41,385 bases of DNA from assembly GCA_002269645.1 (NCBI GenBank), contig NIVC01004582.1:1-41385 (forward strand), written 5' to 3'. Position 1 is the first letter of the stretch. Every line of letters begins with the position of its first letter. The notes beneath the pieces were generated by a model. The model made no database searches. It was not told the origin of the DNA and saw nothing but the letters and a program-made list of their open reading frames with translations. The translations under genes were made by a program, and so were the position numbers. Of the stretch, positions 1 to 13,547 are shown piece by piece. The DNA comes from Macrostomum lignano. Its lineage: Eukaryota.

Positions 1-88
1 TCTCTTCTTTTAGTTCGCTTCAAGTTATTTGGCGGTCTGTGCATCGGGAGCTGCGGATAACGGTGGTAGGAGACGGGGAGACAAGGAA

Positions 89-273
89 TATGAGGAGACA
101 TGGAGATGGAGGCTCAAAAGTAATTTGTGACAAAAAAAATAAGTAAAGAAACAGTACAGCTCGTAATTAAACCAAAAAGGGAAATACTAAATTGCGATCA
201 TGCCAAACCTTTTTTTGCTTTTGTCTTTTTGTCACAAATTACTTTTGAGCCTCCATCTCCATGTCTCCTCATA
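89..273. repeat. Perfect 48-bp inverted repeat (arms 89-136 and 226-273, 89-bp spacer); MITE-like or hairpin
   Basis: TATGAGGAGACATGGAGATGGAGGCTCAAAAGTAATTTGTGACAAAAA at 89-136 is the exact reverse complement of 226-273. The outer TA dinucleotides could be a TA TSD. Confidence 0.9.
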
Positions 274-1360
274 ACTCAAAATAAGTTTTGAGACTTTGCC
301 GCAACAGTTCGTTCTTTATTCAATGTTAAACTGAACATTGTATACCAAAACTCTGTCACAGAAACTCTTGTTTGAGTTTGAGATTTGTCTGAGAGCTCAT
401 TCTAACTCTGGTGAGACTGGTATGAATTCAGTTCCCCGTTACACTATTTAGGGTTGCTATCAGGGGTGAGATTTTCACTGAATGCTTGAAATGGTCTCTC
501 CTCCTCCCTCCACTTCTGTCCGCCCCTCCTATCCTCGTGCTCTCCCCCTTCCCTTTCCTCTCTTCCTTCTCCTTTCTCATTTTAAGGAAGAGACCTGCAC
601 CAGTGATTTCGGGGAGGTGAAAAGGCGTCAACTTTTCATTTTATAAAAGCAAAATCTGAAGCAAATTGTTCGCACTTTGCTGCTTCTATCCAACCAAAAT
701 ACACTACTGTCAAGTTTTACCGCGAATAGTAGCATCTTGTCTTGAACAGATTGTTTCGATCCCGTAGCCACATTTTCCCCACTAAGGCTTGAATTACTGG
801 CTCAATTGACGTGGAAAATGATTTATCCCCTTTGGCGCCGCGTAATATGCAGCTTAAACTGGCACCCGATGATATCAGTAGCGAATGAACTCAAGGTCTT
901 ACTGGCCGCATCGGCCGCCGCCAAAGAATCCGCCGCCAAGTGGAGCACTGTACTGCTGTTGCTGCTGCTGCTGGTGGGGTCTTGTAGCCTATGGTTAATT
1001 TATCTGCCGGCAACGCTTTTGCCCCATTCTGGAGTGTCTCTTTATTTGTGTGGCTATTTAAATACACCCGTTGCAAGCCCTCTCTCCCTTGCTAAGTTTG
1101 GCGAAGCAACCACGAAATTATCGTTTACACTTTCAAATTTCCAGCTAAGCCGCCACCGTTCGGCCTGTCTTAATGAGCGAGGTCACCGACGTGAAAAAAA
1201 TTATACGCTTAAGACCGTCAAGTAGGTCTTTTTTGAATGATGAATGTAGTTTAAATTCCCATAGAAGAGTTTTTACCTGTCGAACTTTTAGCTCATTCTT
1301 CTGAACTTTACGAAAGGAAGGTTAACACTACCAAACTGTTGTCTTTATTATTGCTTTCAG

Positions 1361-4300
1361 CTCTTCTTGAAAGTAGTTCTGCCGATGATTTCAAATTTGA
1401 AGATGAACTATGTAAGTTTTACAATCAAGTTTTGCTAAAATTTTCCTTGCAAACGAACTAAAATACGCGATGTACAGATTTTACACTGTGTTGAGACTGG
1501 TAGTTCAAGTAGAATCCTGTAGCTATTTCTGCTTTGCTCAGAGCGGCGACCCTTACTACTAGAGTTATAGAACTGAACTAAGCTACAATAGCAAAGAAAA
1601 CATGCTGGTCTCTTGAATAGCCAACTATGAAAAACCCTATGCCAAATAATGATATTTAAGGTTCCCGAAGATTGGCTCTGTTCTTCGACGCTCGCAATGA
1701 GTCAGTGACAGATGAGTACGCCGACTTTCTAAAAGAGTGCAGTTTTAACGTAAAGAGGAGCCTGGAACAGCAGTATGAAAGCAAACTGGGCTCGTGTCTA
1801 TCCGACTCGTGAACAATTCCGAGGTCCAGCAGCTAATTGTAGTCGTGATAGCTGCAATGCTTTCATGAAGGACGTCCTAGATTTCATGACAATGGGTACA
1901 TTTCCCAACTGCCAAAACAGATGTTTATTATTTTGTCGCGCTGGTGAAGAAAGCCTGGATGACACGAAACTTGCAAACGAATTTTCGAATGCGAATTTTA
2001 AATACAAGTGTACAACTATCGCTTACATCGTGGCTAAGGAAACTAAAAGCGTACAGGGCTTCTATAGAAGCTTCCTGGATGACTGCAGGTGCAGTTGGAG
2101 ACTAAAAGTATATTTTATATGGAGACGGCATTGAAGCTACCACTCGCTTACGAGTCCCTTTCTCTGTATCATAGAGAAGGAAAGCTCGGTGGAGATTTCC
2201 TGCGCGACATATTCAAATTTATCAGGGAACCCAAGAGCAACCTTGATGAAGTTGATGCCTTACCAGCAGCATCAGAGCAGACTGCTCAAGACAAACCGAC
2301 TGATTGGATGCGCGAGAATGCCTCAATAATCTATCCGAATCGGCGCAATCTGAAAAAGCCTCGAGCGTTGGTCATCATCAAATATGACCGAGGAGACTCT
2401 CTATAACTCTGCTCTGCAAGTTGACCGCAGCAGAGTTATGCGTATGCTAAAAAATCTTGGCTACATTGTAACGGACGTGCAAACCCGCTCCAATGACGCC
2501 TTGAAAAGAAGGATCGAGCTTTTTTCAGAAGATACTGAACACGGTGACTCCTGCATCCTTGTCGTGCTGTCCCAGACGCAGCAGCAGCTGAGCAGCTCTA
2601 CTGTCATGAATTTGTACAAAAGCTTGGCTATTGGCGAAAAGCTCGAGCCAAGCCCCGACTCTTTATTCTGCACGAGTGGGATGTCACAACACTGCAGACA
2701 GACTCTGTTACTGATGGTTTCAGCAGCAATACTTATGAGATCATTGAAGATGCTGTGGACGGTTTGCAGGCCTATTTTCGCAATCATGATTCAACCATCA
2801 AGGTTCATCCACACAGCGGCATGGTGTTCGGTCGATCAGTTAGTAGCGATGTGACAAGAGCAGAGGGCAGCGCTTTTATTCAGACACTGTGCGAAACTTT
2901 CAGACAGTATGGTCACACAGAGGACGTGGCCTCTATGATTACCATAATTAATGAGCACAAACGACTAGATGAATCTGTGCCCAAGTGGTTTATTCAGACT
3001 GGCAAGCTCTTTTATCTCATGGGAACAGACGGAATCCAGGTAAGAGAACTTTTTTTAGCTCAATGCATGTATACTTTTCAATTCGAACTTTGGCAAAAGT
3101 GATTTCAGTTTTGGCAACACGATAAATTATGACTGTCACTGTTACTGTCAAAGTGACTTAAAATTCTTTGTGATCAATATCATTGTAGTTCTGTAGCTCA
3201 GACTGCTTGTGCCACCGCCAACATTTTTTGGTGTTAGTGTGCGACACTGGTGGTGTAAATTTTGACCTAACGGTTCCTTCTAGTTGCCTTTAAACAATAC
3301 AATCTTGAATGACAAATCTGTGATTGACTGCTTTGGCCGTGTTTACATTTATGTCGAGGTACTTCACTAGTCGTCTTCAGTCTCTCCTTGTTGTTGTCAA
3401 AATTGGTCACTTTTGCCAAAGTCGAAATTGAAAAGTTACAACTATGCAGAAATCATTATTGCATAATCATTTGCACTATTTTGCTTTTAGCTACCGGTCA
3501 GGAGGTTTCGCAACAAAGTCTACAGAAGAAATCTAAAGAGCCTAAACAAAGTCTAGAGAAGAAATCTAAAGAACCTGAAAGCGCCAGAATTGGTAAGTGG
3601 CATAATAAATTATCGAGAAACACCTCTTACGACGTAGAGATCCGATTCATGCGTTATAGCCATATAAAGCTATGTGCAACATCTTTTCAAGACTACTCAC
3701 TTCTAATTATACTGGTATCTGTTCCGTTTTGCTGCGATGTCCAAACATTTTTATCCTATCAAGAATTATTTGATCTAAAAACCTTCTGATAAGTACATGT
3801 ATTTCAGAAAGATACGCTTGAGTTTTAAACATTATTAGATTCATGTATTAAAGAACACCTGTGCCTGTATAAGCCAATAAAACTCGCTAATCTCAGCAAA
3901 GCTCAGTTGTACTTGCACTTTTACGCTCGTATTTTCAGCTCGAACAGGATTTGCGATGATTCTCACCGAAGGACAGTATGATGGGGCCAGAAACTATCAG
4001 ATGTTTCTGGAGTATGCAGCCTTCAAAGTGCTCTTCGATTAAACGGATGGCAATTCGAGCTCAATCAAGACAGCCATCAGGCTTCCAAAAGAAACTGAAG
4101 GAAATGTTGTCCTTTATCTAATTGTACGCACGCATCGCAACGACAACCTCTTGCAAGAAATAGTCGATGAACTTTCAAAACAGCAATCGTCTCAAAAGTG
4201 CAGCAGTAGCATTTTGCTTATCTTCTGCGAAGTGTACGAGTCTGAAGAGAATTTCGCGAACGCTCAGATGCCAGAGGAGCTACCCGAGAAGTTTAGCCTT

Positions 4301-5401
4301 GTCAGAGTTTGCAGGAATCGGTGCGGCGTGATTGAATTTCTGGACTCCCTGCTGGAATCTCCCAGGAAGAACATCTCTCTCAATGGCAGCTTTGTGGTTG
4401 GTAGAGATTTTTCCTGCCACTCCTGCCATCACGGAATAATGCACTGCAAAGTCAATGACGAAAACCCAGGCTGGAGGAAGAGAATCACTTGGCTTGAAAA
4501 CTTTTATATAGAAGAGAGTTCATCGCACCCAAATCTGTCTTCAATTGACGTTAGTGACGACACGCAGACGAGACCAGCAATAAGAGGTTCTCTCCGATTA
4601 GAGAGTTTCAGAAGCGAATGGAATGCACCTGGATTAGATACTCAAGAGTGCAAGGCTGTAGCCCTCATCGTTCACAACGTTGTCTTCCAGAAAAAGGAAC
4701 TATCTACTCGGTTCGGAAGTCAGTACGACTGCCAGCGAATGGCTGACACTTTGCTCAGGCTTGGCTACTCAGTGAGCATCAGGTCGAATCTCACCAAAGT
4801 AGAAATTGAAAGCGAATTAGACATGTTTTGCAGTGACGCACGACACGGCAGCTCAGTCGTAGTTGCTTTTATGTCTCACGGATGTCTCGGTGAAGTAGTT
4901 GGTTTCGACGGCGAATCAGCGAAGGAAAGTAAAATTCTAAAACGAATTTCCAAAGGAAACCGCACAAGTGAAAAGCAGCAATTGGTCATCTTCCAGAACT
5001 GTCTAGACCCTGGTCGATTGCCTAAATCAGAGCTGTCGTTTTTTCCTGGCATGATCGTCGCTCACTCGACTTCGCCGAATGAAAGCAGCTATCGAATGAC
5101 AGACAGAGGCAGTCGGTTCATCCAGTGTCTGTGCACTGTTCTCGACCTGTTCGCCGACACGTGCGACATTGCGTCAATGGTTCCTATCGTTAATTATGTG
5201 GTGCAAAACGCTACTTTTTATATGGGCATCAGCCAGCTGCCCTGGTGGTCTGTGCAGACAAGCAAGAAATTTTGGATTCGAGTCAATGAGCCTCCTCAAA
5301 GCAGTCGTGAATCGCGCCATCAAGCCAATTCAGCTAGGAACCAAACAACGAATGACTGCAGGGTTCAGGTGACGGAACTTCTTCAAAAAATGCGGTTGTA
5401 A
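1361..5401 (+). pseudogene. Caspase-family gene 1 (cryptic domain - dead caspase - cryptic domain - caspase); disrupted as assembled
   Basis: Predicted exons 1361-1411, 1661-3039, 3491-3592, 3939-5401 with AG/GT sites. Colinear with gene 2 (KPRALVII..HGDSCILVVLS..KPRLFILHEWD vs KPYALIV..HGDSCCLVVLSEG..KPRLIIIQEYQ). About six frameshifts between 1800 and 3040, plus an in-frame TAA at 4040-4042. The 5' start was not located. Confidence 0.8.
3939..5401 (+). CDS. Last exon of caspase gene 1: cryptic domain plus peptidase C14 domain with His/Cys retained
   Basis: STRFGSQYD, VVVAFMSHG, QQLVIFQNCLD, p10 GMIVAHSTSP..SYR..GSRFIQCLC. Phase-1 acceptor at 3938; premature TAA at 4040. Confidence 0.85.
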
Positions 5402-5771
5402 TAATCTACGCAGAGGCAGTTTATCAATTTGACTATTGTGGTGACTGAATAGGTTTAATTGCTTATATTGTAGCTACCAGTGGCAATATTTTAATTCTTA
5501 CATTTTTTCTTAGCGGTTCAAAATCTGATGAATTTCTGTGAGAGCGGTATATATGATTTTAACATTCAAACCATAAAAAATTTACTATTGACAACTGTTG
5601 GGACAATTAAAGATAACGCCTGTTTATAGGCGTTTGTAAATTTGTTTTACTTTGAAGACTTTTTACACAAATATTAAATTAATAAACTGCTAGTTAGCTT
5701 CTTGGTTAGAGGCAGGGGGCTGTTTACCCTGGTGCACTTTAAGCGACATTGTCACACAATCAGCGAGAGGC

Positions 5772-6040
5772 ATTACTGCCCATTCCGCCGGCTCCCCTAA
5801 GCAGGCACACAAGCAAGCGCGCGGATATGTATACAGTCATTCGTAAAGGCACACACGCACACAGGGGTGTACAGTGGCTTTAACAATTTTTATCGCTAGG
5901 CATGTACACTTTACTGTGTCTTGAGGTTGGCCCTTAAGGCCGTTACTTGCATGAGCAGAGCCAAGCTGACTGCACTTGGAATCGAGTATGGACCGCTGGC
6001 ACATCAGAACGCCGCGTTAGACCACAAGGCTACGGCCCCC
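5772..6040 (-). mobile_element. tRNA-derived SINE, family B
   Basis: Minus strand begins GGGGCCGTAGCCTTGTGGTCTAACGCG (A-box-like) with CTCGATTCC (B-box-like). Its 3' part GCCACTGTACACCCCTGTGTG..CGCGCGCTTG..GGGGAGCCGGCGGAATGGGCAGTAAT recurs at 22232-22370. Confidence 0.7.
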
Positions 6041-7174
6041 GTAATAAATTACTACGTAGTATAATAACATAATTATTACAAAAGGAGCGTGTTTCCGTAA
6101 GTGCTTCGATGGAACAAATTTGTTTTTATTGTTTTAATGAAAGACGTTAGACTGACCATTCTAAACAGTTTAAGCCAGTCTAAGTTAAAAACAGCAGCAG
6201 AAATGCTCTCGCTATAACTAACCGTTGCCGAATTTTTAATTGAGAAAAATGTTATCCTAGTGTATGTTTTCATTATTAAAACTAATTATAAATGATTACA
6301 AAGTTTTCCTGATTTTTAATGTTTTATTGAAAGAAGTATAATTAGCATTGGAGTACGAGTTGTATTTAATGTAATCGATCTTTTGAATTTGAATGTATCA
6401 AAATCGCAAACTGCGACTGGCCCTCGATAGTAGTGCATCACTGCATTAGATTTTCCTCCAGCTCTGATTATTTTATTTATAGTAAACATAAAACTAACAG
6501 GCTCGTAAACTGCTGATTCCTAATTCAATTGTTTATTTAAATGTGAACGATTATCTAATCAAGTACAACAACTAAGTTCAAATAAATCAAAGGAAACTAA
6601 GAGTTTTCCGCTTGTCACCAAATGTCTGCTTTTTTTATTTTGACCAACGTTTAGTATAACTTAGCTAGTTAATATATAGGTGTATCTACAAGTGTATAGG
6701 AGTACGAGTGCATATAGTAGTATAGAAAGTATATATACACGGTTACTAGCTTAGCTAGCTTAGAATTAGTTTTACATTACAAAAAAGCTTTATGGGATAT
6801 TTTAACTTTCCATCCAACAATCCAAATTTCCCCCTTTCAGATGAATTACAAAAAAATTGTTATATAACTAAGCCTTATCTGGTATTCGAAGAAACGATCC
6901 AACTCAGTATCGATGGCTGATTTTCCTGACACATTTGAGACCGAAAGCCCAGCTACTAGTAAGTGCAAACCTACAATAAAATTATTTAGCAAATAAATTC
7001 GAACAAACATAGGCTGATTGATTCCTCTGAGTAATTTTTCCCACATTTAAATTTTCAGTATTGCATGAAATTTCAACAGCTTCAGGTCTGTTAGATGTTT
7101 AAAACCAAATTTATTACTTATTTAAAATCATTCTCCAATACTTTTAACAAGCTGCTTATGCTTCATAATTGCAG

Positions 7175-10100
7175 AAACTACAGAAGCAAGTCGTGTTACT
7201 CGCAGTGAATTTGGTAAGATGCGCGCATAGGGGGGTTTGGGGGGGGGGGGCAGAGCTGCTCAGCGGTTCGTCGGATCGAAATTGGCCAAGAAGGGTTTTT
7301 CATGCTATTTAAACCCCCGATGACCAGTACTCAACACACAGAGAGTGTGCATGTTGGACGATTAGACAGTCAAGGGCCGCTGTACACCCTGTGTGAGCAT
7401 GTGTGTATGAATGTGTATTGGCGCGCTTGCATTTGCTCAGGAGTCAGAAAAGTTTTTAGGGCCTTCGGCGAGGGGTGCCACGAATATCCTACTAAATATT
7501 ATAAAAAGTATCTAATTGTTTCTTTTTAAATATATTTGTTTATAGATTAATTTTTGCTCTAAATTGCAACAAAAACGTACAGGCATCATTCAAGATGTAC
7601 AGGCAGTATCGAAGCTTCCCAGCTGGCAGGGAACATTCGGTGAGCACTTCTCAAAGACACATTAAGTAGACTTTTTTAGTTGTATTTTGCACTTCAACTA
7701 TAACATACAGTTTTGCAAAACTTTTACAATTGCAGCTCATCAAAGGCTACTGCTAGTATTCGCTGATGAGACTACAGCAAAGATGGACAGCTACATTGAA
7801 TTTATGAGCTCTCGTTGCGGCTTTTACACTGAGAAGCTCGCCCTGAACAGTCACCTTGCCGAATCCGAGACCCCGTCTCGAGCACCAGTCAGGCAGATTG
7901 TCTGCCTAGTGATTTTCTCCGCTTCGCAGCCACAGCGCTACATGAAGGCCTACCTAGATTTTCTAAACCAATTTGACGAATCCGTGGATCAGCTACTGCT
8001 GTACTGCAACTTGTCCGAGACAGAGACCCAAATCGATCAGGATCTGCGAAATCAATTCTGCAGCAGTGCTTTTCCTTATCGAAAGTCTAGCATTGCTTAC
8101 ACTTTCGGAACTTCCTATGGAGTCGGACGATTTTTTGATAAATTTAAGAACGATTGCAACTTGAAATGAAATCGTACTGTTGGCCTTTGTGACGTCCTGG
8201 AATCACTTGATATGGACCAGTCGTCTAAACTTTACATTAAAAAACCTAGAAGCGAAAAGTGTTTCTTCCCGCGCGAAATATTTTACCCTTGCAGCTCACA
8301 AGAACTGATCAAAATAGCCGGCATTGAGTCCTTCACCAACCGAGTTGACCCGGATACTCTGGCGTTATACGGTGATTTTATATATCTGAACAGCCGCATA
8401 CAAAAGCCGTACGCCTTGATCGTTCTAAACATCAAACTAGAGAGCGGCAAGACAAACAAGTCAATGCACGCAGACTGGAGGCGCCTTCTTTGGCTGTTTG
8501 ATAAGCTCCAGTTCGAGGTCAAAGACGTTCAAACAGACGCGTCAAGCTGCAGTCAGCTTGAAGAATGCGTGAAGACTTTTGCTGATTCTGAGTTGCACGG
8601 TGACTCTTGCTGCCTGGTTGTGCTCTCCGAAGGCTGGCTAGCAAACAGCTGCATTGGCAACATCAGTAAGAGCATGGCCTTCGGAAAGCTTATCAAGGGT
8701 AAGCCGAGGCTGATCATCATTCAGGAGTACCAACCGAAGTCCTCAGAAGCATCGGATGCTGCGCCGAAGTCGCTCCCCCAATTCCTGCCTGACGCAGTGG
8801 AAGCGATGCGATTGCAGTTCAGAAACGACAAGCCTGAGGTCAGAGTCCATCCGCTAAGCGGAACCGTCTGGTGTCAGTCCGAAGCGTCGGACACCGAAAG
8901 CGACAATGCGACACCGCTGATTGGATCCATCTGCGAGACTTTCATCAATCACTCAGCCATCGAGGATTTGGTTTCGATGATTTCAATCATCAACGAGAGA
9001 CTGCAGGACGCCCCACCCACTTGGTGTGTGCAAACTGCCAAACTTTTCTATGTTGGAAATACTGAGTTCACAGGGAGCGGAAGCGCAAGTAAGTTTGTTT
9101 GAGTTTTTGAAAAAATAAGCAGATTGTTTAATAAAGTTTTCTGTCAAAATTTTCAATTTCAGGCAAGGCTCAATCCGAAAATACCCCTGAAAATCCTGCA
9201 CCTGCAACCGATCCGTTAGCGACTTTGCAGACAATGCAAGGCTTAGCAGCAGAATCGGACAAGCCGCGTCCCATTCTCGATCAAAACAGTAAGTATGAAC
9301 TAAAAATTTGAGACAAAAATCGATTTGGAGGTCCCAAAATTTTTGAAGCTATAAACTTAATGAATTTCAGATCGCCCTGGAGTAGCACTGATTCTCACTG
9401 AAGGCTTGTTCGACAAAGTCCGAGATTATCAAATGTTTCTGGATTTTGCTGGCTTTCAAGTAATCTCGGAACGAATCGATGGTATTAGCGCTTCTTTGAG
9501 AGAAATTGTGACTTCATCGGCCGCTCAAAGCCCGCTAGCAGTTGTGCTGATCGTTAAGAAGCACCAGGCCGGAGCCGGCGTAGATGATGTAATTGCGTGC
9601 ATGTCGGAGACTGCAACCAAGCACGAAAACAGTTCCCTACTCATCTACTTTGAGATACTAGGTACTGATGAGCTGCCCTCTGAGATTCGCTTACCGGATG
9701 AACTGCCAGAGAAGTTCAGCATGGTTTGCTACCAGGGCACTCGAGACCGAATCAATCTCTGCCTTGACTTATTTCTAAAAACGCCGAGGAAGAATCTTAA
9801 AAGCAGTCCAATTGTTGGTTACAATTTTGAGAAGCTACGTACTAGGAAAAAAGAGCCAAAAATGATTTACCAATACAGCGATAGCAATCCTGGTTGGAAG
9901 CTGACACCCAAATGGCCAGAGAGCCGAAATATCAGGGGTGACGACATCATGAAACAGGACTTATTCCGCACAGCCAGTATGCGAAAGAAATGGTTCCCAA
10001 AGAAACCTATTCTACAGAATGTCACTATGCAGAGCAGGGCTCTAATCGTTCAGAATATTGTCTTCAAATCCGGCGAGATCAGATTTGGCACCCAGAACGA

Positions 10101-10800
10101 CTGTCAGAGGCTGACGGAATGTCTTACAGGCTTGGGGTTTCGAGTGTCAATCAGAACGAACCTCACGGCAGCTGAAATCTTGCAAACTGTGCAGCTCTTT
10201 GCTGGTGCCAACGACCACGGCCGCTCCTGCGCCTTGGCAATCATGTCCCACGGATATCTGGGAAAAATTTTGGGATGCGACGAAAGGAATGTGAAAGAAG
10301 CAGATATTCTTGATCAGCTGAGCAAGGGCAGTGGGCTTCAGGGTAGATCAAAGTTTGTTGTGTTTCAGGCGTGCAGGCGATTGGAAGAACCACATTCCAG
10401 CAGCTCAGCAGAGCGATTGATTAGACCCTATCCCGACATGGTGATTGCTCACTGCACCTCCCCAGAGGAGTTCGGTTATCGAAACCGCTTCCAAGGCAGC
10501 TGGTTCGTGCAGAGCCTGTGCTCCGTGCTGAATGAATGCGGAGCCGATGCGGACATCCTATCAGTGATAACTGCGGTGAACTGCATGGTCCTGACCTGCT
10601 TCAATCGGTCCGACTGTAAAGATGAGCGGACTCAGCAGCCGTGGTGGCTGCTGCAAACGAGAGGTGCTTTTGTGCTCGGCAGCGGCACACCAATGAAAGA
10701 GATCGGCGACACCAATCGTAGTGCAGCTGCACCTGCTGGGAGCCGAAAGTGTCGGGCAAGCGTTTGGAAAAAGTTGGAGGCATTCTTCGCGAGGTGGTGA
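7175..10800 (+). CDS. Caspase-family gene 2, about 1000 aa: cryptic domain - dead caspase - linker - cryptic domain - active caspase; one in-frame TGA at 8167-8169
   Basis: Predicted exons 7175-7213, 7583-7639 (weak acceptor), 7736-9088, 9163-9288, 9371-10800. All introns are phase 1 and internal exons are multiples of 3. ORFs 7687-8169 and 8212-9102 are in the same frame across the TGA. The start codon exon was not found. Confidence 0.8.
7375..7452 (+). mobile_element. Diverged SINE-B-like 3' tail inside a gene 2 intron
   Basis: GGCCGCTGTACACCCTGTGTGAG..GGCGCGCTTGC..CTCAGGAGTC resembles 5772-5880 (rc) and 22265-22350. Confidence 0.5.
8212..9088 (+). CDS. Catalytically dead caspase domain of gene 2
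   Basis: Caspase pattern ALIV..D..RL...F..L.FEV..HGDSCCLVVLS..KPRLIII..EDLVSM..IN..W.VQT.K.FY, but SHG is replaced by SEG and QACxG by QEYQP. Confidence 0.8.
9371..10800 (+). CDS. Last exon of gene 2: cryptic domain plus catalytically intact caspase
   Basis: IRFGTQND, ALAIMSHG, FVVFQACRR, p10 PDMVIAHCTSP..GYRN..GSWFVQSLC..QQP. Confidence 0.92.
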
Positions 10801-11267
10801 ATTCATACTTCTTGTGTTATTATTGAGAAACTTTGCTTATTTGCTTCTCAACTCTTGATTAGATAGTGTAATCCAATTTTTTTTCTCTGGCCTTATTATT
10901 TTTCAGCGTTAAATCTAACTGCTAATGCTTTGTTTGAGTCTTAATAATATGAAGATCGCAGAAATTATTAAAAAATGTCTGACATTGAGGGTTGCTACAA
11001 GTCCGATTGGTTGTCATAACAAAACTAAAGTGCCACTGTAGGAGACTATATGCTGCACCGCAAATTCTAAAAACATTAGACGTTTTAACTCAAATTAAAA
11101 AAGTGGTCACTATTTTTGCTTGAGTTCCACAAATAGAATGTCGATTTCGCCCCAAGAACTGATGCATCTGTTGATCTATATTTTATGGCTGTTGCAGTTG
11201 CCGAGGTATTTCAGTTAGTAAATACCTGTAGGTCCCAAATGCCCATATTTTGCATTATTCGATACTC

Positions 11268-11525
11268 GTAACCGACAGCTCAGCCGCAGCTACTGCGCGG
11301 CGCATCTGAAGGCAGCGTACGGCTGTTCAGTCCAAGAACTGAGGGGGGGGGGTCACCACACACCCTCAATTACCCCAGCGAATGCTGGTAGCTGAGTGAC
11401 CTGAAGCACTGCAGAGTTTAGTGTCTTGCTTAAGAACACAAATTGTTCCGTATGGGTCGAGAATCGAACCCCCGATCTTTCAGTCGTGAGTCCGACGCTC
11501 TAGCCACTAGCTAGGTCACAACCCC
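11268..11525 (-). mobile_element. tRNA-derived SINE, family A
   Basis: Reverse-complement copy of 33863-34135; head contains TAGTGGCTAGAGCGTCGGACTC and GGTTCGATTCT (A/B boxes). Confidence 0.85.
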
Positions 11526-12259
11526 TCATTATATTTCGTATTATTTGAGACATTGAGCCAGTTGGAACAATCTCTAAGCGAAACTGACCTTTTATGTGTG
11601 CGTGAAGTGCAACGAAAAAGTGACCTCTTATTATTTTGGGGTGACACATCCAGTGTTTTTGGGATCGTACGCTAATTGTATCGATCTAATACAACAGGTG
11701 ATATGCAACAACTTCTTTTTTATTATTTTTTTTTATCTGATTATTTTAAAGCCTAATAAAACTGAAGCATGACAAAACTAACAAGAAAACTGTAAACTGT
11801 AAACAAGTGAACTGAAGCACTGTAACTTCCTGTACGTCGTATTTCATTGGCTCGAATTTGAGCGAGAACTTTAAACATTGTCAGATACTGTTGAATTTTT
11901 TTAATGCTACGAGAGTACGATTTAGTAGTCTGACTAATACTCTCTTATCTAGCGATGGCGAATAACTATTTTTATTGTCTTTAAAAATTCTAAATAGACT
12001 GGTACCTACATATTTACAGGCTTCATGTTGTATCAGATACACTTCAGTGTAAAAACTATAGTCTCTAATTCTCAGTGCTGTGTCATTGCAATGTTTCGCA
12101 AATTTGCGGCTTCTTTGCCAACGAGTATCTAATTGCTCAAGGACAGGCTGTCGGATATTTGTTTAAGTTTCCTAGCTCGTACATACAATGGCTTAAAACA
12201 CGCAAGAAAAAGTACGACCTTATCTTCATGGCGGGACTTGTACTTTTAATTCCCTCTAT

Positions 12260-13054
<795 letters not shown>

Positions 13055-13547
13055 GGCTATGCCAGCATTTTGTCATAGATAGATAGATTTGTCTGATGCA
13101 TTAAGTTAGTAATTGCTTTCCCGCTGCACTCTCATATTTCAAAAATAAAAAGTAAGCTAAAAAAAGTTTTCACCGTGTTTCGCAGAACTGATGAAATAGT
13201 AAATTCGGGATAGTCCGTTTATATTAAGTTTGATAGTTAAATAAAAACGGGATAGCAACGTGTCCCTAGATAAAGAAATGATAATCGACGGGGTTTCTAA
13301 TATATAATGACGGCTGACTTGGAGAGGAAAAAGGTTATTGTTACACACTTTTTAACAACTACGCTCGTATTAGTCACAATCTGAGAGCCGATTTTCGTTC
13401 AAATAAATAACATGCTTTGAATTTGAACTCAAGAAGATTCTATCGTAATGTAGAACAGTTTAGAGAAGACGGCAATATAGGATCTTGAAACAGCAAATAT
13501 TTGATACTGAGCATAAATAGCTTTACTGCATTCAACCAGTTTTTCTT

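Noticed and set aside
806-1225. 139-aa ORF with poly-Ala/Leu stretch, plus antisense ORF 891-1076
   Set aside because: Low complexity (GCC/CTG runs), no recognisable domain, and no splice fit to caspase gene 1.
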